64,000 nucleotides of DNA from the human T2T-CHM13v2.0 reference genome, Homo sapiens. The notes below the pieces were generated by a model. The model was not told the origin of the DNA, did no database searches, and saw only the letters and a list, made by a program, of their open reading frames with translations. This document shows positions 43,630 to 56,749 of this stretch, in pieces. Both the position numbers and the translations under genes were made by a program. Each line of letters opens with the position of its first letter. Positions within the stretch are counted from its first letter, which is position 1. Location: the NCBI RefSeq assembly GCF_009914755.1, contig NC_060933.1, one strand, 5' to 3'.

Positions 43630-43815
43630 ACTCATGCAGGAAACATTTTGAAACCAAGTAAATAAAACAGAGATGCCCGCAATTTCCTGCAAGTCTGACT
43701 AAAAATAGGAAACTCTGCAATCATGAAAGTCGCTCATCTGGCAGCTGCAAGTCCATACCTTGGGAAGCTGAAATCACTGGCAGCTGCAGAAGGCGGCATG
43801 TGACAGGTGTTCATC
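43630..43815. promoter_or_regulatory. Candidate enhancer: MEF2 site plus E-box cluster
   Basis: CTAAAAATAG 43699-43708; CATCTG, two GCAGCTGC, CATGTG and TGACAGGTGT within ~110 bp of non-repeat DNA. Motif evidence only. Confidence 0.4.
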
Positions 43816-45463
43816 CATGCCCTTTTGGGGGAAAAAGGCTACATTTCAGGGGCATATATGAACAAACATATATGTGGCTTCTTAATAATAAAAGTTAGAT
43901 GTCAAAAATTCTTTACTTTCTCTCCTTCTCATTTCCATCCCCACCCTAGTCTTCCAGTTCTGCCCAATCCATGCTCTCCAAAGTAAATTCTAATTCCTCG
44001 CACCCAGGAGATAGACTGAAATTCTCCCAAAAAAGGCGGCTGCAAATAAACATCAGAGTTTTACTCTCCTCTTTTTTCCACCCCAAAAATATCACAAACC
44101 AGTGCAGATGTTAGCTCTGATGCAAATATTTATGGCTGTCTTTTTTTTTTCTCCCCTCCTGAATTACGGGTACATGAATTGGATCTTCAAAGCAATGTAC
44201 AGGGTTTAAGCTGAGCAGTTCTCATCCAAGTCTATGGGAGGTACACAGCAAGAACCCTGTAATATCTCAGAGGTTTTATTCCTTTTTAAATTCTTTTATA
44301 AGAAGACTTTGCTAAGGGATTTACAAGAACTAAAGATTATTTAGTGATAATGGATGAGAAATGTTGCTGGAAGTGTAAAAGGCAGTTACATTCTCACCAA
44401 AAGAATTTCTTATAAATAATGTCATTATGGCACAAAGGATACCAAATGAATTTAATCATTAGCTTCTAATTGAAGAGCTCTGCCAAATTTGCTTCTCCTT
44501 GCTACTTTAGCTATTTTCTGTTCCGCGGGACTCTGTCAAATGTAAACAAAGGGTAGGTGAAGGAGCATGATTAATCGCAAAGCTTGTGAGACAAGCCTGG
44601 GCTGGTGAATTGGTGGTGGGAACTGGATATTGCATCCTTTATTTTCCTCTTGCCCCGACATTTGCCCCATTAACTCCCAGAGGGGCCTCTAATCAATGGA
44701 TTTTGGCCAGTGAAGTCAAATGAGGGCTTATAGAGGGTTGCCAGGGCAGGATTCTCTCAAACAAAGCAAGGGCTAAATAATGTTTCCAGATTAAAACACA
44801 GCACTATCTTTGAATGAATGTTTTCACTGAAAAAAAAATAAAAGTAACTTAATTATATATCACATTTTTAAGGCAAGGTCTTTATAGCCAAATAAATGTT
44901 TCTAGGAATTCTTAAAGAGGGCATGTATGTACACAGCTTTACATATAAATCCTCATAAAATCTCAATTACTCAGAAAGTTTGTGGCCCAAATCAACTGAA
45001 TTGGATAATTAATTAAACATTAACCCCAAATTTTCTCATTTAAACCACTATCACTGAATAGTTTTTATAAATGCATTAACCATCTGTCATGTCTTACTCA
45101 GCATAGTAGTAGAACGACCACACTTGAATTCTTTCTTTTGATCACTGGGAATCCTCTAGTTAGTTAGGTTTATCTTTTTGAACATCAGGTTCAAAAGATC
45201 TATTTCTAAGAGAGAGATCTAGAAGGTAAACTGATCCCAAGAAATACTAGGGAAATTGTTTAAAGTTCCTCGATATGAGTTCTTAAAATTTTGCTCCCTC
45301 TCCTAAAGGAGGGAAATTCCTGTTAGTTGAAGTTAAAACTGATGTTGAATGCTTAAAATTCCACTCTCTTCCACTCACCTAATTCTTATCCACCCAAAAC
45401 TATAGTAGAAAATTTTACTTCAGGAAATTAGAATAGACTGAATTCCCATAATCATGAAAATGT

Positions 45464-45760
45464 GGCTGGGCCCGGTAGTGCATGGCTGTAATCCCAGTAC
45501 TTTGGGAGGCCAAGGCAGGCAGATTACTCGAGGTCAAAAAAGACCAGCCTAGCCAACAGGGTGAAACCCCTGTCTCTACTAAAAATACAAAAAAAAAAGA
45601 AAAATTAGCCTGGCGTGGTGGTGGGCACCTGTAATCCCAGCTACTCAGGAGGCTGAGGGAACAGAATCACTTGAACCCAGGAGGCAGAGGTTGCAGTGAG
45701 CCGAGGTCGCACCACTGCACTCCAGCCTGGGCGACAGAGCTAGACTCCCTCTCAAAAAAA
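45464..45760 (+). mobile_element. AluS
   Basis: Dimer with small internal changes (A-run replacing 'ggagttcg'; lengthened linker). Confidence 0.93.
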
Positions 45761-47642
45761 AGGTGACTTGAAAACATAATCACTCATATCAACTTAAAGG
45801 AAAATATACAGCACCTCCTAGGTGATCACTATTATGTTAAGTGGGTAAATGCTTTATGTTTTTTTCACAACTGAAGCCAATGCTGAATGAAGAGCGTCTG
45901 TTCTACATTTTGCAAGGACTGGAATGTTGGTATAATCGAGACAAGATGGCTGGCTCACTGACAGTTTAGGTGAGAGAAATGCACACCAAAGCCATCTGTT
46001 TTGTTACCTCACCACAAGGAGAAGGGACACACTCTTATGAGGAATACTCACTGCTTGATATACCTTAACATGAATACAGATATTTTAAGGGCTTCATGCA
46101 GAATTAGACAATATACCTCACTGTGTTACCTGGCAGTCAAGAATTACTCACTTTCAGAGTGAATTCACTCTGGCCTATGCATAAATCAGGGCAAACAACA
46201 ACAACAAAAAACCATCAAACATGCAGAGGAAGATGTGAAAGACCAATGTTTCTAACGTAATTCTCGTCAAGCTCGTCGGTATGTAGGAAAAATGTATGTA
46301 ACACTTTATTCTAGAAATTTCCATTTAAAGCCACCGCTCTGAGTTCCCTGACACTCCTGCATAGTCTGACCTTGCTTAGGAAGACTGAGAATCTGTGGAG
46401 CTGCTCTAGAAAAAGGGTGGGTGGGGGTGGATAAGCAGCCCTCTTATCCCTACTTTTCCCTTTTACTAAGAACCCAGGATGGTTGAATGCAAGGTCCATT
46501 TTTATTCTGAGGATAGAAAAAATTCAGGGCTTTCCCAGGCTATTTCACCCACACTATCTATCTCATTTGGTTTTATCTATGTTTGGTTCTAGATTCACTA
46601 AAGATAGAAAAGCCGCATATAACCCTTATCTCTTCCTTTTGTGTGGTGCAGTGATGTAAAATCACCCTATGGGATCCAAAAGAATTTGGAATTCAAATGG
46701 AGTTGTTTTCAGAGAGAGAAGAGGCAGAGAAAAGGATATCAGAATGTAAGCAGATCCTGTGAAATTATTCACATTTATATTGAACTGTCTGTTTTCAGAG
46801 TGCACGAGAGTTCAAATGTGTAAAGAGTGCATATGGAAAGTGAGTTACCAAAGGGGCAGACTTTTCCATTGATCAATTTAGTATCACTTCTCTTCTCCAA
46901 ATCTAGGCCTCTGTGAAACTGGAGCTTACCCTTTCTAAATATTTTTTCCTTTGCTAGATGGCAAAATGTTTTTTGTTTGTGTGGGTTTTTTTTTTTTTTT
47001 TTTTAATTATTGGGTGAAACTTAACCTAAAGTTTACTATTTTAAAATATGAAATTCTGTGACTTTTTTAGTATATTCGCAAAGTTGTGTAACCATTATCA
47101 CTATCTAATTCCATAACATTTCCATTACCAAATAGAAACCCTGTAACTGTTCACAATTACTCCCAATTGCTCCCTCCTTCACCTATCCCTTGGCAACCAC
47201 TAGTCTACTTTCTGTCTGTGTAGATTTGACTCTTCATACAGTATGTCACTTTTTGTTTTATCTGGCTTCTTTCACTTTGCAAAATATTTTCAAGGTTTAT
47301 CCATGCTGTAGCAAGTATTAGTACTTCATTCCTTTTCTTGGCTAAATAATATTCCATTGTAAGGATGTGCCATATTTTGTCTATCTATATTTTTATTTAT
47401 TCAGTTGATGGACATTTGGGCTGTTTCTACTTTTTGGCTATTATAGATAATAATGCTGTGAAGGTTCATGCACATGTTTTGGTGTGAATGTTTGTTTTCG
47501 GTTGTCTTGGGTATATAACCTGGAGTGTGGAATTTCTGGGTCATACAGTAATTCTATGTTTAACTTTTTGAGAAACTGTCAAACTGTGTTCTATAAGCAG
47601 TTACACCTTTTCATATTCCCACCAGCAATGTATGAGGGCTCA

Positions 47643-47845
47643 TGTTTTAGTCAGTTTGTCCAGTTATAACAAATTACCATAAACTGAGTGGCTTAAATAA
47701 TAAATATTTATAGCAGTTCTGGAGGCTGGAAGCCCGAGGTCAGAGTGCCAACATGGTGGAGTTCTGGTGAGGGCCCTCTCCCAGACTGCAAACTGCTGAC
47801 TTCTCCTTATATACTCATGTGGCAGAAAGAGAGAAGTACAGAGAG
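47643..47845 (-). mobile_element. MLT1A-like LTR, truncated, inside L1
   Basis: 'ataacaaattaccataaactgagtggctta...cagttctggaggctggaag...ctggtgagggccctct'. Confidence 0.8.
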
Positions 47846-48838
47846 ATCCATATGTATTTGGGTCAAATGTCGAACTTTCTATTCTATCCTACTGACTATA
47901 GTATTTGTCTGTTCATGTGCCAGTACCACACTGTTTTAATTACAGAAGCTTTATATTATGTTTTCATGTCTGTCAGTGCTATTCCCCCCTTGTAGGTGTT
48001 CTTTTTCAGTCTTTCCTAGTGATTCTTGCATGTTTGTTTTGCCATATGACCTTTAGTATCAACTTGTCTATAAAATAGCTTGGTATTTTTATTGGAATTG
48101 CATTGCATTTAGAAATTAACTTAGGGAGAACTGATATCTCTTAATCTTGTTATCCTAGCCAAGAACAAGAAATGAATTCCCAGTTGTTAAAGTCTGCTTT
48201 TGTGTCTTTCATGAGTGCTTACAAATTGTCCAGATATAGGTTTTGCCCATTTCTGGTTAAATGTATTCCTAAGCACTTAATCTCCTTTGCTACTAATACA
48301 AATGGGCATTCCTTACTTTTATGTCTTCTAAGTGTTGTTTTTTATATGAAGTCTACTGATTTGGTATGTTAATTTTATAACCTGCTACTTCACTGAATTA
48401 CTTTATTGAGTTGGTTTTATTATTGATTCTCTGGGTTTTTCAAAGTATACTGTTATATCACCTACAAATACAAGCAGTTTTACTACTTCTTCCCCCATTC
48501 TTATCCCTCTAATTGATCTCTCATCTAAGTGCATTGGCCAACACATTCAGTACAATGTTTAAATCCTGCATGTTGCTGATTACAATGAAAATACCTCTAG
48601 TGTTTCCTCATGAAACAAAATACTAACTTTAGGACTGAGATATACATACTTTATAATGTTAAGGAAGTAGCCCTCAATTCCTATTTCCTTGAGGGTTTTT
48701 ATTATGAATGGGTAATGAATTTTGTCAAAGGCATTCTCAGGATCTATAGAAATAGACATATAAATTTTCCTTAGATTTATCAATATAGCGTATTGTATAA
48801 ATAGATTTCCTAATGTTGAGCCAACTTGTATCCTTTAA

Positions 48839-49189
<351 letters not shown>

Positions 49190-50089
49190 TGTATCATTCT
49201 TTTTAATGTGGTAGTGGATTCTATTTGCTAATATTTTGTTTGCTGATTCCCTTAACTTTTGCCACACCTTTAAAAAGACCCCATCCCAATTTTTTTTTTT
49301 TTTTTTCAAAATCCCAGCTGGGTTGGGAATTTTTCATTCAGAATTTTTACAAGAATGTTCACAAATGATATTTGTCTGTAATTATCTTTCTTAATAGTTT
49401 TTATCTAATAAATGTATCAGTTTTATGCTTGCCCATAAAGGATTATGAATTTTTTCTTTCTTTTCAATGTTTTAAAACAATTACTAGAATAATCTGGTCT
49501 TTGAAGATTTGGTAGAAATCACTCATGAAACCAACAGGACATGGTAATTTTTTTGGTGTAGGCTACTTCCTTATTAATTTTATATTTTTTGTAGAAATTA
49601 GTCTGTTTAAGCTTTTACCCTAACGGTGTCAAATTTGGTAATTTTCATTTACCTAAGAAATTATCCACCCTATCTAGGCTTTCAAATTTTTTGCCTTAGA
49701 AACCTGTGAAGTGGCTTTTTATTATATTTTATATTTATTCTGCTCTGACAGTTTTATCTCCCTTGCCACTTCTTAGCTGATAAGTTTGTGCCTACTCCTT
49801 GTTTTCTTGATCAAGCTAACTAGTAGTTTGTCTATTTTGTTAATTTTTTAAATTATAATTTTTCTTTGCTAATTAGATCTGTCATTTTCCTTTTCTTTGG
49901 GCACTCTTTCTGAGTCCTAGGGGGTATGATCCTTGTACATGCTATCCTTATATTCTTTAGAATTCTCTTTACTAGCCAATTTTTCATTACCACAATCTCT
50001 TTTTATAGATAATTATATTAAACTTTTCCATTCAAATTACTATGTGGCTTCCATCTCCTGATGAGACCCTGGCTGTCACTTGCATTTGT

Positions 50090-50780
50090 TGTTGCATTTG
50101 ACATCTCTTGGATTTGTTCGCTTCTTTCCACCTGCTTAGCTACCACCTTCCTCCAGCCGACATCATATCCATCATATTGGATTTGGATTGCTATAATCTT
50201 GTAACATCTTGTTGATCTCCAAGTGTCCAGTTACAGTTCTCCTTTAATATAGCCTTCATAATAACCTCAGATTACCCTATCTCAAATCCAATCAATACCA
50301 TCACACCACTTTCCAATGGAAATGCCCTCAGTTGATACACTAACCTAAATAAGAAGTCTAAACTCCTAAGCATGAAATGTAAGACCCTTTATGCTCTGGT
50401 CCTTTCTTAATTCTCCAATCAAATCTCTTATTTTGTCCCCTTCCTCTCTCTTTTATTTGCACTTTAGGCACAGTAGTAGATATTCTGAAGTACCTTGAAC
50501 AAATTGGGTCATTTCACTCTCCTTATTCAGTCATTGTTAAACCGCTCCCTCCCTTGGGAATTTCATAGACTTCCGTCTCTGATCCTGTCTATCTGGTGAT
50601 TACCTCCTCAATCCTCAAGACTCAATTCAAGGATACCTCCTCCTTTTTTAGATCTACCTCCGTATTTTAGAATGGAAAAGTTCCTCAAAGACAGGAGCCA
50701 TGTCTTGTCTTACATCTCCAAATTCTGCCTCAAGGTGGGCACTAAATAAATGTATGTTGGATGTTAGATGAATGGATGCA
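50090..50780 (+). mobile_element. L2 3' fragment
   Basis: 'tggattgctataa', 'caagactcaattcaa', terminal 'ataaatgtatgttggatg..gatgaatggatg'. Confidence 0.6.
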
Positions 50781-51044
50781 TTTTTACAAATGTATTTGGT
50801 CTTGGTGCAATCACATAAGGGTGAGACCCTTTCAATGATCTAAGAAATGGGTGTGATCTACAGGACACAGAGAGCATTGTAATCTGGAGACAATTTCTGT
50901 TGTTCATAAAGTGACATGTTGAGAGTATTGACTGTGAAGTCTTGAGGTCAGTTCCTGTATTTTCTACATTCTAGGTTGGATGTTCTTGTGCAAGACATTC
51001 TGAGCATGATACTTTAACTACAAAACAGATATAATGTTATAATT

Positions 51045-51560
51045 ATCTATAGGATTTAGGATCCCAACAAAAAACAGAAGCTGTACTCAGCTTGGATATT
51101 GAAAAAAATTAATTACTGGGGAGTCTTTATACAGGTATGGGAAAGATTTAAGAAACCAACAAAAAATGTCAGGGAATTTAGTAGCTTTCAATAGAAAGAA
51201 GCCACTACTGCCTAGCCCTAAAGGAGCAAGTGAGAAAACAGTGTTTCTGGAGCCTGATGAGAATTGAGGCTGTAAAGAGAGGGTTCCTTAGAGGAGGTAT
51301 AGACTTAGAGATGCAATTACTGCCAGAACAAAGAGCAGAGCAGCAAGGCAGTAAAGGAAAAATACCCTGACCCTTCTCTCCTGCCCTATAAGCTCTTGTT
51401 GGTGCTTTCCTTTGGCTGAGAACAACCGGAAGCTAGGGCCTAGGGAGCCTGGGAGATACAGTCTGGAGAGTCCACTCCTCATCCTTCTCTAAGCACAGAG
51501 TAGGATGCAGAGGGGCAGAGAGCAGATGGGAGACTGAAAGCAAAAAACAACCAGCAATCC
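51045..51560 (-). mobile_element. Ancient ERVL-class LTR fragment
   Basis: 'aagaaaccaacaa', 'ccctgacccttctctcc..', 'ttggctgag.acaaccggaagc' resemble LTR33/67-type elements. Confidence 0.45.
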
Positions 51561-52190
51561 ACCTTGTTTATTTTTGTGGGGTATAAAATGCATAGAAGAG
51601 TAATATAAAATATATGTTATAAATTTTATGCCAAAAAATTCCCATATTCAACATCAAGAGAAAACACCAAATAGTCAATATTTGGCTTTTTTTTTTCTTC
51701 TTTCGAGAAGGGATACTGTGACAAATATGGAACTCTGATTATTTGTCTCCAGTCTGTGGGTGGGTAGCTCTTTTGGTTAGAGCCTGGAGTTGATGAGGAC
51801 AAATTCAGAGGTTCAGGCACATGGGCACCAGAATTATATGGGCACAGACTACACAGTCCAGGCTTTGGTGTTCTGCCATTATCACAAGGAGGCCTGAGCA
51901 CATCCTTTGCCACTGCCCCCACAAATAATTTTGCGGTGTGTGTACTAGGTATATGTTAGAGGTGAGATACTCAGGCATTCGAATATATCTTTCTGCAAGT
52001 TGTTTTAAAGGCTTATAAGCCATTTCTAGTAATTATTCAATAATTATCCAACCACCAATTTCTATACTTCCTAGAATAAACAATGCTTCACAGAGGGCGT
52101 GGGAGTACATTGTCAGGCTATGATTTGAGGAACACCCATCTGAGGAGTACCCCTCCCAAAAGGATGTGCCCTACTCATTTCCTCACAATT

Positions 52191-52223
52191 CTAATGTGAG
52201 AATTCCTACAATTCTCACATTAG
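52191..52223. repeat. Perfect 14-bp inverted repeat with 5-nt loop
   Basis: ctaatgtgagaatt-cctac-aattctcacattag. Confidence 0.95.
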
Positions 52224-54009
52224 TGATCCTCTTTTGGATTATTTGCCATAGTATCAGTAGTCTCATCCTAAAATATACCCAAGGTACTTAGGGTTAATAA
52301 GAAGTTTGCATGCCGTTCCATCATTTCACTTATTAGGTCAGATTACTTGTTCATTCACTCAACAGATGTTTACTGAGAACCTACTCCGTGCCAGGCACTA
52401 TGCTCGTTGCATTTATACAAACCAAGAACGGTGCAATGGCATCGGCTACTTGGAGGTGGGGGAAGGGTGAAGACTGCTCATAAAATGCAGCACTAGGAGC
52501 CTGATCAGAGAGGACACAGCATTGTGTTCCTGGTTAACCTAATGAGGGAGTGAAGGGAGAAAGCTATGGGTTTGGGGCAGAGAGAAATAATGTGAGCTCA
52601 CTTTAGTTGGGCAAAGAGACATGTCTAAGGATATTGAGTAAGTAATAATATTCATAATTATGCGATCACTTAATATGTGCCTAATAGACTGTTAATATAT
52701 TAGAGATTTTTTTATCTCGATGTCTTCCCTTACATGGCCAATATTGTGATGCTCATTCTTTTGATGAGAAAATTGAGGTTCAGAAAGGATGTGATTCACT
52801 CATGTCCAAGCAGCTGATGATTCCAGATTCAGGAATCAGGTCCAATTCTGCCTTCAGAGTATGAATTCCTTCCTCTTGGAAACATCGTCTTTCTGTGGGA
52901 TTAAGTTAGTAAAACATCTTCTTCACCTGAAATTTAGCTGTTCTTAAAAATTGCTTAGATTTTCGTGAAATTGATTTTCTCTTTCTTGAAAAGAAAAAAT
53001 ATCGAAGGGGATCTCTCATCTTTACCAAAGGCTTATCATGGTTTTGCCCGCATCAGTTTTGTTTTCTGAGGAAAAACTGGGAAGACACACTAACAGATTA
53101 CTCAACAAATGTTTGGTGAATGAATGGCTCCATAATTAAGCAGTTAAAAGTCACGCAACCCTTTATAACATGTAAAACACAAGAAGATGTCTCAATTCTT
53201 CCCCGAGAGTCATTTCCCATTAAATCCCAATTTTGCACTTGATGAACTGCAGGCCCTCCCAATATCAACAAAGATTAGGCAGTATTTCCTTGCCAGGCTG
53301 AGACTGTTCCTTGCTTGCTGTTGAGAAGCAAACTATAACAAATTGGGGCTGGACCAAATAAAGAACCCATAAATGAGTAACTTTGCTCAATGACCTTCTA
53401 GCTTTCTTGGCTTGGCACATCCCATGGAGAAATAAAACAAGGCAGAGAAGATGACCAAAGAGTTTCAGGAAGTTCTGTCTCCTTTCTTGGAATTTCTCAA
53501 TGGGGTTATTTCCCATGGATGGCCTGTCTTTTAATTATACTTTGGCAGGCTCACAACTATGAAGTTATAGGGGTGGGTGGGCCTATAGCCAAATGCTGAT
53601 CCCCTCAGCTGGCTTAATGAAAATTACCAGGACTTTGCCCACAACGGGCGAGGAACAAAAGGCCTAGGTCAGCTGCTTCCAACTCCCCTGCATGTTTCCA
53701 GGACATGGCTGATGTAACTCAGTAGCAAGAGTTTGCTTAGTGTGAAAGTGATAGAAGAGAAAAGAGAAAACAGTTTTCCCAAACAAAAACTAGCGAAGAC
53801 TGAAGAAGCCTCCAAATCATGGAGAAGGACCTTGTACTTTTCTGACCTGGTTGAAACATCATTTCCACTTCAACTCTGAAATGCAGCAGATAGGTCAAGG
53901 ACTATCAAAAGATCCCACCTGTGAATTTCTACCAGTGACACATCATGGTGAACATGTCTTGGTTCTTGTTGGCCTAAAGATAGCAGGGGAAGAGAAGCCA
54001 CCCAAGACA

Positions 54010-54341
54010 CTTCCCTTACCTGCCTTCTGTCTGCATCTACATGGTCTCCAGTGATGGCTGAGTGTTCTTCTTATCTCTGATTCCCTCCAGACAGGCCCAC
54101 TATGGCTTTCATCTGGTAATCTGGCTGCTGAGCTCCAGTATCACCACCCCCTCCTTTTGTCCTTGCAGTCCTAGGAGTGGTAGGTAGGTGCTTCCCGTTG
54201 TTGCTAATCTCAGAGTTGTCTCACCATCTCGTTTGGTTTCTCAGCTCCTCTATTTATCATTTGTGTAAACAATTCTCTAAATCTACTCTGGTTCAACCCT
54301 TGAAGTGGTTTCTGTTTCCCGATTAGACCTTGACTGATACA
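54010..54341 (+). mobile_element. Ancient ERVL-class LTR (LTR33/41-like)
   Basis: 'cttcccgttgttgcta', terminal 'gtggtttctgtttcc...gaccttgactgataca'. Confidence 0.55.
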
Positions 54342-54724
54342 TATGTATTCTTCCCTTTATTGTAATCTTGCTACTCAGGAAGGCAAGACATCAAACACAA
54401 TCACAATTCATCTAATTGAAAAGTCCATACTTTTCCTGCTCTATCTTGCTACTGACTGGACTACGGATTTGCATCAAGTGGACGAGAAACGGCAATGACA
54501 CTTAGAGGGCTCTCAAAGCATATCTTTTGGACACATTAGTTTCTCTGGCATGTTGTGACATCCTAGGTTTCATGTGTCCTTGTAGCCAGCTTTTATCCAG
54601 GAAGGAGGTGATACCATCCAGGGATGAGGGAAGGTGGCTCCACCCACCTCTATGACCTGGAGCAATGGAAAAGTTTGGTAAAGTGTATGATACTTTATAT
54701 ATAAAAGTAACTTTAGAACACACG

Positions 54725-55165
54725 TTAATCAGGGCAATGTTGCAACAAATGTTAGAAACTGAATCAAATTAATTTAAACAAAAAAAATGTATTGACTTAC
54801 ATTATTGAAAAGCCCAGAGATAGCACAAACTTTCCACATGGGTGGGTCTGAGAGTTTAAACAATGCCTTCAGAAATCTGCCACATCTCTCTCCACCACTC
54901 TAATTTGCTCTCTTTTATGTTGGTGTCAATCTCAGACAAATGGGTACCCGTGATTGCAACAGCGCCTGCAGCAGCTCCAGGTTACCCTCAGTCTCAGAAG
55001 GACATCTTCTCTCTCCCTGGACCAATCACTGTATCTTTGGTGATTGGGATCACAGGCTCTGGGAGGTCAGCTTGAGTGAAGTTCATGACTCCTCAGCCCC
55101 CTGTGGGAGGGGAAACAGAGTTCTTGACTGAAGAAAAAAGGAATTCTGAGCAAGTGACAACAGAT
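54725..55165 (-). mobile_element. Old MLT1-type LTR
   Basis: 'aatgtattgacttac', 'gcagcagctccagg', 'ctggaccaatcactgt'. Confidence 0.45.
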
Positions 55166-56749
55166 ATAAAATACCACGAGGCAGCCAGGTACCAAAGGAA
55201 AAGTATTGGCTTTGAATTAGAAGAGTTGAAATTGAATTCTAACTCTATTATCAGTTTGCTGTGAAAGTCCAGGCAAAGTATTTCACCTCTCTCAGACTTG
55301 GTTTCCTGATTTGTAAAACATGTGGATTGGGCTTGGAACAGTAATTTGTAAGCATTTGTAACCACAAAACTCTCTATTCAAGTAAACTCTTATGCAAAAC
55401 AGATAAAACCTTGCCAAATTTGCTTAGAGGGGTGATGAGGGTACTGCAGCCTTATCTCCTTGATGGGGCTACTTGAAACTCCTATAGTTCCTTGGAACAC
55501 AATTTGAGAAACCTTGAAGTAGCTGATCTCGAGGGCCTCTTCCAGCTTGAACTTTGGGGAATGCTATGTAGATTGTCCAACCCTCTTTAATCTAATTTTT
55601 CTCACTTTCCCTCTATTTATTTTTTGGCTAACATCATGAACTTTGGCTATGTGTGAGAGGCCACTTAGGAAAAATAATCATTTATTCAAATGCTCAGCCA
55701 ATTTACTTTGGCCTATTTGTAGCTTATTTTTCCTGACGGGGAGGGAATAAATTTATAAAACACACTTTCAAGTTGGGGCTAGAAAAGGTGAGTGTACAAG
55801 TGAGGAAAAGTAGACAACGGAAGTTGCCAACGCTGAGCTGAGCTGGAAGCTGTGAATTCAGGAAACCTCCTTCTCCCCATTGCTGCGCTCCGTTGGCATC
55901 TGGGGCCAAGTGTACGCTCTGGAACGGATGGCAGAGGAGGATGTTGTGGGTTTTGGCTTCACCACTTGTGAGAACTTGCTCTTGGGAAGACACCTTCAGC
56001 TCCAATACGAGTGTTTGATTGAAATCGAGCATCAGGGAAGAGAAGGGAAAGCGCTGGGGGATTTAGTCTTCCGATAGCCAGAAGACAAGGTGAAAGGAGG
56101 GTTACTTTGACCCAGAAAGTGCCAAGAGTGAGAAATTTGTGCTGAGGTGACTTCAAATGAGGCCAGGACCTTTGCTTCTCTTTTTCATGTAATTGTTTAT
56201 TCAGATATGTGAATAAAGAGAGGCTAATAGGTGGCAGACACTCTTTGGGGGTGCAGAGATAAGTAAGTCGTGTTCTCTAGCCTGTGGGACCTTGGAATGA
56301 AATAGGGGAGGCAGGCAGATCAATGCAAAATGCTGTGTGGGAAGGCTGATGTTCCGCTGGTGCACACAGCCTGGTGACGGCTGGTGTCTGTTCTGACTGG
56401 CTGGTGTCTGGGCTATACCAAGTGTTAAATATTTTAATATCATCCCTGCTCTGTGATGTGTAAGAAGTACAACCAGATAGATGTGTACACTCCACAGTAC
56501 TAGTACAGAGAAGGAAAAACAACTGGTGGGGTTAAAGAGTGTTTATAGAGGTGGTAGCATTTTGTCTGTGTCCTAAAGGAAGAGTAGGACATCATTCGGA
56601 GGTGGAAGAGGAGGTGGGAAGGGGGCATTCTAGAGGACAGAGGGAGTGGGATCATATTCTGCAGTCTGAATATGTATGCAGAGGCTGGGAAGACAAACAC
56701 ATTGTTTGGTGTGAACTGAGCATAAGTTGTTAGGAAGGTCATCAAGAAG

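Noticed and set aside
55857-55998. Minus-strand peptide ...IRSRAYTWPQ... resembling the FOXO AKT site (RxRSxTWP)
   Set aside because: Similarity is limited to ~8 residues in a stop-bounded frame with no forkhead domain or convincing splice sites; likely chance.
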